This document shows, piece by piece, positions 16,807 to 26,072 of a DNA stretch of 64,000 nt. The notes beneath the pieces are model-generated. The model saw nothing but the letters and a program-made list of their open reading frames with translations, did no database searches and was not told the DNA's origin. The stretch is taken from positions 6,407 to 70,406 of the forward strand of contig MPNB01000003.1 of NCBI GenBank assembly GCA_002238805.1, written 5' to 3'. This stretch comes from Rhodothermaceae bacterium bin80. GTDB taxonomy: Bacteria; Bacteroidota; Rhodothermia; Rhodothermales; Bin80. How positions within the stretch are numbered: position 1 is the stretch's first letter; every line of letters begins with the position of its first letter. Both the position numbers and the translations under genes were made by a program.

Positions 16807-17355
16807 GGCGCGTGGTTATTCTATCACGGGACGCAAGGAAGTTCACTGTGGTTCGGCAGCTTCACTGAGCGGAATCGTCCTCACCTGATGTGGGTAAAGC
16901 CTGATCCAGTGCACTCGTAGCGTTGTATTTGGAGGGGCACTTCATGAGAATATGTTCGGCTTCGAACACCCCTCCATTCAGGTATCCTTCTACGACGATC
17001 TTTTCGGCATCTTCGAAGCTCGCCGGTTTTGGGTTCCAGTAATGCACTTCGCGTACTGCTCCCTCGTTATCCCGTAGGTGGAACTTGAAAAGGTTTTTTT
17101 CGGGGTCGTAGTGCGCCGTCTCGGACTGTACCCAGCTGCCAACGACATGCGCGCGTGTACCGGATGCTTCGGCTTCAGAAAAATGCATATACACCCCCAC
17201 TTGGTCCCCAAAACTGAAGAGAAGCAGGGATGCAAAGCCCACCAGGGCAATCAGACTGATAATGGTGCGAGGTTTGCGCATGATTAAGTCAGTAGTCAAC
17301 TCTGATCAACCGGTGGATTTTTTTCACTGAGTAGGGTTTTCACGGAGGATTCCAG
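16807..17355. repeat. direct repeat copy 2 (intact ccmE plus ccmD 3' end)
   Basis: This is the partner of 8773..9321 at offset 8034. Confidence 0.9.
16862..17299 (-). CDS. ccmE: cytochrome c maturation haem chaperone CcmE, CxxxY variant
   Basis: Has an N-terminal anchor IISLIALVGFASLLLF and an OB-fold-like body (VVGSWV...VVEGYLNGGVFEAEHILMKCPSKY). Cys sits where canonical CcmE has the haem-binding His. The TTG start overlaps the ccmD stop; an alternative ATG lies at 17281. Confidence 0.8.
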   Translation of the reverse strand: MTTDLIMRKPRTIISLIALVGFASLLLFSFGDQVGVYMHFSEAEASGTRAHVVGSWVQSETAHYDPEKNLFKFHLRDNEGAVREVHYWNPKPASFEDAEKIVVEGYLNGGVFEAEHILMKCPSKYNATSALDQALPTSGEDDSAQ

Positions 17356-17502
17356 TCGATCAATCTTTCGATCTGTGGCATAGATGAACATAGTGATCCC
17401 AATCCAGATGATAAGTACAACGGCAAGAACAACCATCAGTTTGTCGTTGTCCAACATAACGGTCTCAATGCTACCGGCTGCTTGTATTAACAGGGTGATC
17501 AT
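17296..17502 (-). CDS. ccmD: small membrane protein, CcmD-like
   Basis: The 68-aa protein has a single TM segment (LMVVLAVVLIIWIGITMFIY). It lies between ccmC and ccmE with 4-nt overlaps on both sides. Confidence 0.6.
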   Translation of the reverse strand: MITLLIQAAGSIETVMLDNDKLMVVLAVVLIIWIGITMFIYATDRKIDRLESSVKTLLSEKNPPVDQS

Positions 17503-18221
17503 GTTTTTGTTTGGAGATGCTCGTCTTCCTCAATGTTTTGCAGCGTCATTACAGCACGGGCCAGTCTGACACGTTGGGTGTAGAGTAGCCAGCCAACGCC
17601 TATGAATCCAAGGACTGCAGGGTAAAAGATTACCCGCATGATTGGATCCGTGATTTCGCTGAAGGCGGGGTTGCCCTCTGCACCAGGGTGCAGGCTCTCT
17701 AATTGACGCGGAAGCACATAAAGCAGGAAGGGTACGGTTACAAAGGCAAATATATTGTACACAGCAGAGATGCGAGCCCGCTTGCGGGGATCATCCAGTG
17801 CACTTCTAAGGGCAAAATACGCGCAATAAATCAACACCTGAACAGCAGCCATTGATTGCTTGGGATCAAAATTCCACCAGATATTCGTGCCCTCATACCA
17901 AGTGTAATGCGCCCAAACACTACCTGTAGTAAGACCTAGTATGCCGAATATTACCGCAATCAGCGCTGCGATACGGGATCTGATATCACTGACAGGATTA
18001 TTCGTTCGGAGACACTGGATAGCATGTATTGCCGAAAGGGCGGTCAGCGCCATCATGGTGAACCACATGGGAACATGAAAATACAGGTTCCGGGCGGTGT
18101 GCTCCAGCATCGCCAATTTTGGAATGTTCAGCCACACACCGCCAAAAGAAAATGCTCCCAACAGTACGAGCGTCATCCAGACGATAATTGCAAGGCGTAT
18201 TGTCTTGTATTTGCAGGGCAT
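17499..18221 (-). CDS. ccmC: haem exporter protein CcmC
   Basis: It is polytopic with a Trp-rich motif (WAHYTWYEGTNIWWNFDPKQ) comparable to the WGxxWxWD haem-handling motif. Confidence 0.8.
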   Translation of the reverse strand: MPCKYKTIRLAIIVWMTLVLLGAFSFGGVWLNIPKLAMLEHTARNLYFHVPMWFTMMALTALSAIHAIQCLRTNNPVSDIRSRIAALIAVIFGILGLTTGSVWAHYTWYEGTNIWWNFDPKQSMAAVQVLIYCAYFALRSALDDPRKRARISAVYNIFAFVTVPFLLYVLPRQLESLHPGAEGNPAFSEITDPIMRVIFYPAVLGFIGVGWLLYTQRVRLARAVMTLQNIEEDEHLQTKT

Positions 18222-18238
18222 TAGGGTGGAAGACTTTG

Positions 18239-18943
18239 TTAGTCCTGCCAGACGTAGTCAAACAATAGGACGGATGCAGTGATCACGACGCCGGAAAAAC
18301 TAGTTATAATGAGTAAGGATCCAGAGGATGCAGCCCAACCGCCTTCGGTAAATGATTGACCAACAAAACTGAAGTATGTAGACTCAACAGCTGCGAGCAG
18401 AAGGGGGACCAAAAGCGGAAACAACAATACGGGCAAGAGAATCCCGCTCCGTGTTGTTCTCGCAATGATAGCAGCTAACAGCGTCGTTGCCCCCGCAAGC
18501 CCCAATGTACCCAGAAGAAGTGTTAGTATAAATAAGCTTGGCAAGGCAACCTCCACGCCCAGTAGCAGCAGGAATATGCATGCTGAAACGGCATTCGCAC
18601 ACAGGATCGTAAGAAAACTGTAACACAGTTTCCCGGCGTAGACCATGGTGGCCTGCGCATGTATCCGCAAAAAGAGTCCGGTTTTCTGCTCTTTTTCAGA
18701 CAGGAATGCCCGTCCTAGGCCCAGGGCTGCCGTGAAGAGTATCACAATCCAGAGCAATGCTGCCTCTGTTCGTGGTTCAAGGTCACCTCTGCCTGCTGTG
18801 ACCAAGATCAGGAACATTGTGTTCAGGACAAAAATGAGCAGCATACCCAAGACGGATTTGTTACGCAGTTCCAGTTGGAGATCCTTGCGTAGCACTGCTA
18901 TAGCTCCGTTTGTCCAACTTGAGGATTTCCTGGAAGCCATCAT
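18239..18943 (-). CDS. ccmB: haem exporter permease CcmB
   Basis: The 234-aa six-TM protein lies upstream of ccmC. Its start overlaps the murB stop by 4 nt. Confidence 0.75.
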   Translation of the reverse strand: MMASRKSSSWTNGAIAVLRKDLQLELRNKSVLGMLLIFVLNTMFLILVTAGRGDLEPRTEAALLWIVILFTAALGLGRAFLSEKEQKTGLFLRIHAQATMVYAGKLCYSFLTILCANAVSACIFLLLLGVEVALPSLFILTLLLGTLGLAGATTLLAAIIARTTRSGILLPVLLFPLLVPLLLAAVESTYFSFVGQSFTEGGWAASSGSLLIITSFSGVVITASVLLFDYVWQD

Positions 18944-19953
18944 GCTTTACGGCGTGCAGCCAGCTCTTCGGCCGTAATCAGTCCGGCCGGGCGCGGTAGA
19001 AACACGGGTGATCCACCGGTTGGCGGATCAAATTCACCGACAAAATCAATTTCAGTTTCCAGATGGTAGCCCGTCTGCGTAGCTACCTCCTTCTGAACGT
19101 AGGCTACCAGTGCCTGTAAATCTGCGGCCGTACCTTCTCCCTGATTGATCATGATATTAGCATGGCGATGCGTAATTACAATGCCTCCAAAACTTGCACC
19201 TTTAAGTCCACATTCATCGATCAGGCGTCCGGCTCCGATGCCTTGGATCTTCTTAAAGATAGACCCGACGCTGGGTTCAGTATCCAATGGAGGATGCCTC
19301 AGGGCGCGCCAGGCAAGGTTTTCGGTCATTACTTTGCGCAGATCTACCTCCTGTGCAGGTGTAAGCCGGAAGGTGGCACGCAGCACAATGTCATTTCGCC
19401 GATGCAGGACTGAGTAATCGTATCCAAACTCAAAGTAATCCACATCTACACGCTGAAGATCGTTCTCCGCGGTTATGAGATCTGCATGTTCAAGAACTTC
19501 CTCAATAAACATGGTTCGCTCTCGAGCCGGAGCTGGGGAGAGAAAGTGAAGGTTCTGCCAGAGTGCACCCCCCACAGTCGAGGGGATGCCAACGTAGTGT
19601 TCCAACCCGGACAGTGAACGAGCGACAGATGCCTCAATCAGGTCGGGATACACAATGGTGCCACTTTCCGCGGTAACTTGGTTGCCGTCAAATTCAATGT
19701 TTTGAGCAGCATTGTAGATAACGACACCGCGGAAACCGGCATCTCCTATGATCACGTTAGCTCCGCAGCCTAACAGGAAGTGGGGGAGATCAAGTTCACG
19801 CACGGTTTTGATTGCGTGCGCGAGTGCGCCAGCACTTGTAACCTCGACAAAAAGATCGGCCGGACCTCCCAGTTGCATCGTTGTGTACGGTGCCAGTACA
19901 ACGTTCTCCTGAACGGAGCCTGTACCAAGAAGATTTTCAAGCGCTCGTTTCAT
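18940..19953 (-). CDS. murB: UDP-N-acetylenolpyruvoylglucosamine reductase
   Basis: Has an FAD-binding domain (APYTTMQLGGPADLFVEV, LLGCGANVI) and the C-terminal MurB motif GSIFKK/GGIVITHRHANIMIN. I chose the start at MKRALENL (19953). The listed ORF extends to 19992. Confidence 0.9.
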   Translation of the reverse strand: MKRALENLLGTGSVQENVVLAPYTTMQLGGPADLFVEVTSAGALAHAIKTVRELDLPHFLLGCGANVIIGDAGFRGVVIYNAAQNIEFDGNQVTAESGTIVYPDLIEASVARSLSGLEHYVGIPSTVGGALWQNLHFLSPAPARERTMFIEEVLEHADLITAENDLQRVDVDYFEFGYDYSVLHRRNDIVLRATFRLTPAQEVDLRKVMTENLAWRALRHPPLDTEPSVGSIFKKIQGIGAGRLIDECGLKGASFGGIVITHRHANIMINQGEGTAADLQALVAYVQKEVATQTGYHLETEIDFVGEFDPPTGGSPVFLPRPAGLITAEELAARRKA

Positions 19954-20073
19954 ACGCAGTAATAAAACGTTTGAACGTGCAACTTGCAACAAAGCAGATC
20001 GTTGACTACGTTTCTACTGTGGAGATCGGCGTATCTCACATACCACACTACAACTATAACCTGGACAGAGGAA

Positions 20074-20913
20074 ATGAACAACCGAGCAAATTTTTCGAAC
20101 CCGACACGTTTATTGACCAGAGGGGCTATATTACTTGCCGTGATTCTGGTTGTTGGTGCGATGGCTGGCGGTTGTATGACTACGACCATAGTTTCGGGGC
20201 AGGCTGGAGTTCGTTATTCTCCCTTTGGGGGCACAGATACCAGTGATATATACGGTGAAGGGCTCAACCTTCACGCCCCATGGGTGAAAGTGATCAAATA
20301 CGATGTTCGGGTACAGGAGAAATTGGAAAATATGGAGGCCCTATCCTCTAATGGATTGTCGATTGGTACAGATATTTCCGTACGCTGGAGGCCAAGATCG
20401 GAAACCTTACCGTTGTTACATGTGAACTATGGGGTCGATTATTTCCGGAAGCTGATTGGTCCAGAGCTCCGCAGTGTAGTGCGTGAGGTAATTGGTCAGT
20501 TCACCCCCGAAGAACTCTATTCTAGTCGAAGGACCGAATTACAGGATCAGATATATTCCCGTGTGAGGGAGAATGTAGAGAACGAGGATGTCATTGTTGA
20601 GGCCATCCTTATCAGGGATGTGCGGCTTCCCGAGCAAATTAAAGGGGCTATTGAGAACAAGTTAAAAGAGGAGCAGGAGGCGGAGCGTTACGAGTTCACC
20701 ATTCAGAAAGAACGTCTCGAGGCCGAACGCAAACGCATTGAGGCAGAAGGTGAAGCTGCCTATCAGCAGATAATCACTGCAAGTCTCTCGTCTCAGTTCC
20801 TGCGCTTCAAAGGGATCGAAGCCACGCAGCAACTGGCAACCTCTACTAATGCTAAGACCGTAATCGTGGGCAGCGGCAGCGATGGGCTGCCACTGATCCT
20901 AGGTGGTCAGTAG
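20074..20913 (+). CDS. SPFH/Band-7 (prohibitin/HflC-like) membrane protein
   Basis: Has an N-terminal anchor, an SPFH core (VQEKLENMEALSSNGLSIGTDISVRWR...IGPELRSVVREVIGQFTPEELYS) and a coiled-coil EEQEAERYEF...ERKRIEAEGEA. The start is the ATG at 20074. Confidence 0.85.
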   Translation: MNNRANFSNPTRLLTRGAILLAVILVVGAMAGGCMTTTIVSGQAGVRYSPFGGTDTSDIYGEGLNLHAPWVKVIKYDVRVQEKLENMEALSSNGLSIGTDISVRWRPRSETLPLLHVNYGVDYFRKLIGPELRSVVREVIGQFTPEELYSSRRTELQDQIYSRVRENVENEDVIVEAILIRDVRLPEQIKGAIENKLKEEQEAERYEFTIQKERLEAERKRIEAEGEAAYQQIITASLSSQFLRFKGIEATQQLATSTNAKTVIVGSGSDGLPLILGGQ

Positions 20914-21056
20914 CAGAGTATATTTACGGTAGTTGGAACTCAGCCATCCGTCGGGCAAGGTTCTCCCGTTCCGGGGTAACGGATTCTTGGGATAGCGGGG
21001 ATGGTTTTTCTACTGCCAATTGCAAAAAAAGTGTTATTTTTTGGTGAGGGGACTTA

Positions 21057-21072
21057 CAGATCATGTGATCTG
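21057..21072. promoter_or_regulatory. perfect 16-bp palindrome upstream of susC-like gene (candidate operator or 5' hairpin)
   Basis: CAGATCA-TG-TGATCTG lies about 55 nt upstream of the ATG at 21127 and just downstream of a TTG...TATTTTTTG stretch that resembles a Bacteroidota -33/-7 promoter. Confidence 0.3.
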
Positions 21073-21126
21073 CTGGCTCCTCGTCCCTTCAGACTAATCC
21101 ACTCACAAAACATAAGGGAGATACTT

Positions 21127-24100
21127 ATGAAATGGTTTTCTTTCGTGGCAGTGCTATGTGCGTTGCTTTTTCCGGGGCTGGTGAGCGCACAGAGTGTAAT
21201 CTCGGGAACGGTTACCGATGAAACAGGTGAGCCGCTCATTGGAGCGAATGTGCTCATTGAGTCATTGGTTATAGGTGCGTCCACCGACCTAGATGGGAAC
21301 TACACCTTCCAGGTGCCTGCTGCAAATGTCGGGCAAATACTGGAGCTGACCGCTGGCTACATTGGTTTTACAGACCAGGTTCGAACCATCACGGTCAGCG
21401 AGGGCATTATGACAGAGGATTTTGTTCTGGCTGCTGATCTATTGCAGTTGGACGAGTTTGTGGTCACCGGTGTTGCCGAAGCTACACCCAAGAAGAAACT
21501 GGCCTTCACCGTGAGCCAGGTGGGCTCTGAAGACATTACATTGGCGCCGGCATCAAACCCGATTGCTTCCATCCAAGGGAAGGTTGCCGGTGTGGCTGTT
21601 CAAGCACGCAGTGGTACGCCTGGGGATGCGGTTTCTGTTCGTCTGCGGGGTGCTACCAGTATTACCGGGAGTAATCAGCCACTCTACATTGTTGATGGGG
21701 TCGTTCTTGGTGCTAATCAGGTCGACATTGATGCGCTTGACATTGATAATCTAGAGATCGTCAAGGGGGCTGCGGCCTCTTCACTCTACGGATCACGTGC
21801 CCAGAATGGTGTGATCAATATCACAACGCAGCGGGGCGGAGCTGTTCCCCTGAACCAGACCCGCGTGACGGTTCGTAACGAGTTTGGTGTGAGTGGTGTG
21901 GCCAAGTCATTCCAGGCCAATACATCCCATGATCTGCAAGTGGATGGATCTGGGAATTTCCTGGATAATGCGGGAGCAAGAAATGAATGTACGACCTGTT
22001 TGAGCAATGGATATGGCCCAGGCACGCTGCAGGATACGAACCCGCATGGTGCTGCTTTTTATGACAAACCGTATCAAGGCGCACTCTATAACGCGTTCGA
22101 TCAATTTTTCAATCCCGGAAATACGTGGACCAACTATGTCGGTGTAAGCCAGAACAGTTCCAAGACAAATTTTCTGGCTTCTTTCACGAACGTTGTTGAG
22201 CAGGGTGCTATTCAGGGTTTGACAGGCCTCGAGCGCAGGAATGTCCGGGTTAACTTGGATCACCGTATTCGGCCTAACCTTACTGTCTCAAGCTCGGGAT
22301 TCTATTCCCAGTCGAAGAACGATGCGATGACCTCATCTTTGGCTTCAGATTCAAACGTCAATCCGTTTTTTGGTTTGATGTTCACAAATCCGCTGGTCAA
22401 TCTGTCAGCAAAGGATGAAGCAGGTGAACTCAAAGTTCAGGCAGATCCATTGGCCGTAGAGGAAAATCCATTGTATGTGATTGAGAACGCTGATATGAAT
22501 CAGGACCGCTCGCGTATCCTTGGGAATTTCCGGGCACGCTGGAGCCCGCTTGACTGGATGGACTTAGAGAGCAATTTCAGCTACGACCGCTCTGACAGGG
22601 ATGAGTTGGAGTTTTACGACATCGGGTTCGCAACTATTGATCCATCCCCGTTAAATGATGGTCGCATTGAACGGCGTAACGCGGTCAGTGAGGCAATCAA
22701 TTACGATATTACGGCTTCTTTCCGTAAGCGGTTTGAAAGCTTCACCACACGTGCTCAACTCAAGGCGCAGGTGGAAGATTTTGATTCGTTCTCAGAATTT
22801 GTATTAGGGACCGATATCGTAACCTTGGGTATCTCGGATCTCTCCAACGTGGAGACAGAAGGCGAAAAAGTATTTGGCAACGGCTCCTCAACGGTTCGGT
22901 CTGAGGGCTATTATGCAACTGTCGGGGTGGATTACGAGGACAAGTACATCGTGGATGTATTCTTCCGCCGGGATGGCAGTTCGTTGTTTGGTGCAGAAGA
23001 GCGCTGGCAGTCTTACTACCGTGGTAGCGCTGCATGGCGTGTCTCGGAAGAAGACTTCTGGCCAACCAACAGCCCCGTAACCGAGTTGAAGTTACGTGCC
23101 TCAATCGGAACAGCCGGGGGTCGTCCTCGCTTCCAGGCGCAATATGAGACACTCTCACTCAGTAATGGCCAGCTCTCAAAGGCGACCTTGGGGAATGCGT
23201 TCCTGAAGCCGGAATTGCAGACAGAAACAGAATTTGGATTGGATGTGGGTGTTCTAGATCGCATATTTATCGAGTTGGTGTATGCGGATACCGAAGTGGA
23301 GGATCTGCTTCTGGCAGTTCCGCTTGCAGGCTACTTCGGGTTTGGCTCACAGTGGCGTAATGCAGGTAATCTGGCATCAAATACAGTAGAGGCCAGTGTG
23401 AATGCGAACATCTACAATTCTCGAGATATGGATTTTGAGGTCGGTGTCATTTTCGACCGGACGCGTCAGGAGATCACCGAATTCCATTCCAATCCATATC
23501 TGGGTGGACCACAGAACCTGTTCTTCTATCGAGAAGGCGAAATTCTGGGTTCGATGTACGGCAATAAGTTCATCACAGAACTCTCTGAACTGCCCGCTGG
23601 TGCGGATGCAAGCTACTTTGACGTGAACGACGACGGCTACGTTGTAGCGGTTGGCCAAGGGAACAGTTACAGCAGTGGCCCGGGTACAGATGGCACTTTG
23701 GGCGGGGAGGATGATCTGTGGGGTACGACTGTTTCTGTGGGTGACGACAACTATCGCTGGGGAATCCCGATCAAGTACTACGACGAGGCTAATGAGACGG
23801 ACCGGGTCCAGATCGCTGACGCCCTTCCGAATTTCAGTGTTGGAGTGAATTCCACATTCCGCTACAAAGGATTCACACTGTATATGCTGTGGGGCGCTCA
23901 AATTGGCGGTGACGTTTATAACTTCACAAAGCAGTGGAGCTACCGTGATGGTCGCAACACCGACCAGGATCAGGGTGGTAAGCAGGAAGGCATGAAGAAG
24001 TCCACCACGTACTACGAAGTGCTCTACGATGCTACCGCAAAGAACAGTCACTTTGTAGAAGATGCGACATATATCAAGCTGCGTGAGCTTTCGGTGGGAT

Positions 24101-24315
24101 ATACACTGAACCGTCGGCAGCTCTCACGTGTCTTTGGTAATGTGCTGCATTCCGTTTCGGCCAGCATCATTGGGCGTAACCTGTTGACGTTCTCTGATTA
24201 CTCAGGGTTCGATCCCGAAGTAGGTTCCGGGCCAGACGCGACGTTATACCGCGTGGACAATTTCAATTACCCACCCTTCCGCACGGTTCGGGCAAAGCTG
24301 GAATTCCAGTTTTAG
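21127..24315 (+). CDS. SusC/RagA-family TonB-dependent outer-membrane receptor
   Basis: The signal peptide is MKWFSFVAVLCALLFPGLVSAQ. A carboxypeptidase-regulatory-like domain (ISGTVTDETGEPLIGANV...TDLDGNYTF) and a plug (IVKGAAASSLYGSRAQNGVINITT) follow. The protein ends in a terminal aromatic residue (...LEFQF) and is followed by a SusD-like gene. Confidence 0.9.
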   Translation: MKWFSFVAVLCALLFPGLVSAQSVISGTVTDETGEPLIGANVLIESLVIGASTDLDGNYTFQVPAANVGQILELTAGYIGFTDQVRTITVSEGIMTEDFVLAADLLQLDEFVVTGVAEATPKKKLAFTVSQVGSEDITLAPASNPIASIQGKVAGVAVQARSGTPGDAVSVRLRGATSITGSNQPLYIVDGVVLGANQVDIDALDIDNLEIVKGAAASSLYGSRAQNGVINITTQRGGAVPLNQTRVTVRNEFGVSGVAKSFQANTSHDLQVDGSGNFLDNAGARNECTTCLSNGYGPGTLQDTNPHGAAFYDKPYQGALYNAFDQFFNPGNTWTNYVGVSQNSSKTNFLASFTNVVEQGAIQGLTGLERRNVRVNLDHRIRPNLTVSSSGFYSQSKNDAMTSSLASDSNVNPFFGLMFTNPLVNLSAKDEAGELKVQADPLAVEENPLYVIENADMNQDRSRILGNFRARWSPLDWMDLESNFSYDRSDRDELEFYDIGFATIDPSPLNDGRIERRNAVSEAINYDITASFRKRFESFTTRAQLKAQVEDFDSFSEFVLGTDIVTLGISDLSNVETEGEKVFGNGSSTVRSEGYYATVGVDYEDKYIVDVFFRRDGSSLFGAEERWQSYYRGSAAWRVSEEDFWPTNSPVTELKLRASIGTAGGRPRFQAQYETLSLSNGQLSKATLGNAFLKPELQTETEFGLDVGVLDRIFIELVYADTEVEDLLLAVPLAGYFGFGSQWRNAGNLASNTVEASVNANIYNSRDMDFEVGVIFDRTRQEITEFHSNPYLGGPQNLFFYREGEILGSMYGNKFITELSELPAGADASYFDVNDDGYVVAVGQGNSYSSGPGTDGTLGGEDDLWGTTVSVGDDNYRWGIPIKYYDEANETDRVQIADALPNFSVGVNSTFRYKGFTLYMLWGAQIGGDVYNFTKQWSYRDGRNTDQDQGGKQEGMKKSTTYYEVLYDATAKNSHFVEDATYIKLRELSVGYTLNRRQLSRVFGNVLHSVSASIIGRNLLTFSDYSGFDPEVGSGPDATLYRVDNFNYPPFRTVRAKLEFQF

Positions 24316-24331
24316 CGTGAGGTAACCGAAC

Positions 24332-25981
24332 ATGAAACCTGAAGACATAAATCAGATGAAACGAATCGTTTTTTACACATTGGTCGGCTTACTGTCGTTG
24401 AGTGCTGCTGGCTGCCAGGATTTGGCCGTTGAAAATAATAATGCTCCAGACCGGAAGGTTGCTTTCGCGCAGCCCGGGGATGTTGTAAACTTGGTCAAAG
24501 GTACTTTTGCTGATTACTGGCTCAGCATCCAGAATTGCGGCAATGGTGCGATGTTTTTTTCGACATTGGCAGATGAGAATTCTTCATCGTGGGCCAACTG
24601 GGGGATGAGAGACATGTCAAGTGAGCCTCGCATTGCCTGGGATAACAGTTCAACCTATAGTCGTGCTGCTTCTACGAGGGAACCGTGGTTTGACTCTTAC
24701 CGTGGTATCTCGAATGCAAACGACGCCCTGCAGGCTATCGCGCGTGCTGAAGAAGAAGAAAGTGTAGAGAATAACATTTTCACACGCGAAGGTTATGATA
24801 CAGCGCGCCTGAAAGCATTTGCAAAAATGAACCAGGGCCTCATGCACGGGACACTCTCTTTGATCTTTGATCAGGCATTCATTGTCGATGAGACTGTAGA
24901 TTTGGAGAATGATGCGCTGGAATTGCGTTCGTACATGGAAGTAAACCAGGAGGCTATTCGGATGCTTGAAGAGGCACGTGCGATTGCGCAGGCAGGTTCA
25001 TTCTCGTTTACGGCGACAGAAGACTGGATCTGGGGTCTTGATGTAACTTCAGATGACATGGTTAAACTGCTTAACTCGTTCATTGCGCGGTTAACCGTTC
25101 AGGTTGCCCGTGATGAGTCTGAGCGCGCCGCGGTAAACTGGAGTGAAGTGATGAGTCGTATAGATGCCGGTATTACCGAAGATTTCTCGCCCATTGGTGA
25201 CGACGATGGCACTACGGAATGGGATTGTCTTAAGTTTTACGGGCAAAACGGAACCACTTGGAGCAGGGCTGATTACCGCACGATTGGGCCGGCGGATGAG
25301 TCTGGCGGTTACGATGCATGGCTGGCAAAACCCCTTGGAGAACGCTTAGTCTTCGACATTGCTACAGCGGATCGTAGGATCGTAGGAGACGCCACCGATC
25401 TGACAGTTGATGGTTCTGATTTCCAATACCAAGGTAACAATGGGCCATTCCCTGCCGCCCGTGGTGTTTATCACTATTCGTCGCACAATCATAAGCGCTA
25501 TCAGTACTACAATTTGGGGAATTCTAACGGAGCAATGCCCCACATGATTATGGCAGAGATGGATATGTACAAAGCTGAGGCACTGTTGCGTACGAACGGC
25601 AGTACGTCCGTGGTTGCTGATCTGATTAACAAAACTCGCGTGAGCCGGGGGATGCTTAATCCAGCCTCTGCTACGGATTCACCCGGTTCGTCTACAGATG
25701 CGCAGAGTCACATGGATTCAGCCAGTCTATGGGCGAAGCTTAAGCATGAGCGGCGTATAGAGACGTTCCAGACTTGGGCTGGCTTGGCATATTATGATGA
25801 TAGGGGATTGGGTGATCTTGTTACGGGTACGCCGATCCATTTCCCTGTGCCAGGCAGAGAATTGGAAACGCTGGGATTACAAAGCTATACGTTTGGCGGT
25901 GTTGGAGGTACTGGAGGTGCTCCAATTGCCTATCAGCGGGACGATTATCGGCAGGATTCCGATAATGTCCGTCCCCGCTAA
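24332..25981 (+). CDS. RagB/SusD-family nutrient-binding outer-membrane lipoprotein
   Basis: Has the lipobox LLSLSAAGC, TPR-like helical content and a C-terminal region (KHERRIETF...AYYDDRGLGD) typical of SusD-like proteins. It lies immediately downstream of the SusC-like gene. Confidence 0.85.
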   Translation: MKPEDINQMKRIVFYTLVGLLSLSAAGCQDLAVENNNAPDRKVAFAQPGDVVNLVKGTFADYWLSIQNCGNGAMFFSTLADENSSSWANWGMRDMSSEPRIAWDNSSTYSRAASTREPWFDSYRGISNANDALQAIARAEEEESVENNIFTREGYDTARLKAFAKMNQGLMHGTLSLIFDQAFIVDETVDLENDALELRSYMEVNQEAIRMLEEARAIAQAGSFSFTATEDWIWGLDVTSDDMVKLLNSFIARLTVQVARDESERAAVNWSEVMSRIDAGITEDFSPIGDDDGTTEWDCLKFYGQNGTTWSRADYRTIGPADESGGYDAWLAKPLGERLVFDIATADRRIVGDATDLTVDGSDFQYQGNNGPFPAARGVYHYSSHNHKRYQYYNLGNSNGAMPHMIMAEMDMYKAEALLRTNGSTSVVADLINKTRVSRGMLNPASATDSPGSSTDAQSHMDSASLWAKLKHERRIETFQTWAGLAYYDDRGLGDLVTGTPIHFPVPGRELETLGLQSYTFGGVGGTGGAPIAYQRDDYRQDSDNVRPR

Positions 25982-26006
25982 GCATATCTAGACAGGAGAT
26001 AAGGTC

Positions 26007-26040
26007 GGGGAGGTCAGTGCGTCGAAAGCGCTGACCTCCC
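26007..26040 (+). terminator. stem-loop after the SusD-like gene (possible attenuating or terminating hairpin)
   Basis: GGGAGGTCAG...CTGACCTCCC forms a 10-bp GC-rich stem around a 14-nt loop, 26 nt after the stop. There is no clear T-tract afterwards. Confidence 0.35.
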
Positions 26041-26072
26041 TGTGTATATTGGATAATCACGACTGAATATGG

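Noticed and set aside
21001-21126. The listed SusC-like ORF has an N-terminal extension (MVFLLPIAKK...).
   Set aside because: A canonical signal peptide begins at the ATG at 21127. The extension covers promoter-like and palindromic sequence and has no protein-like features.
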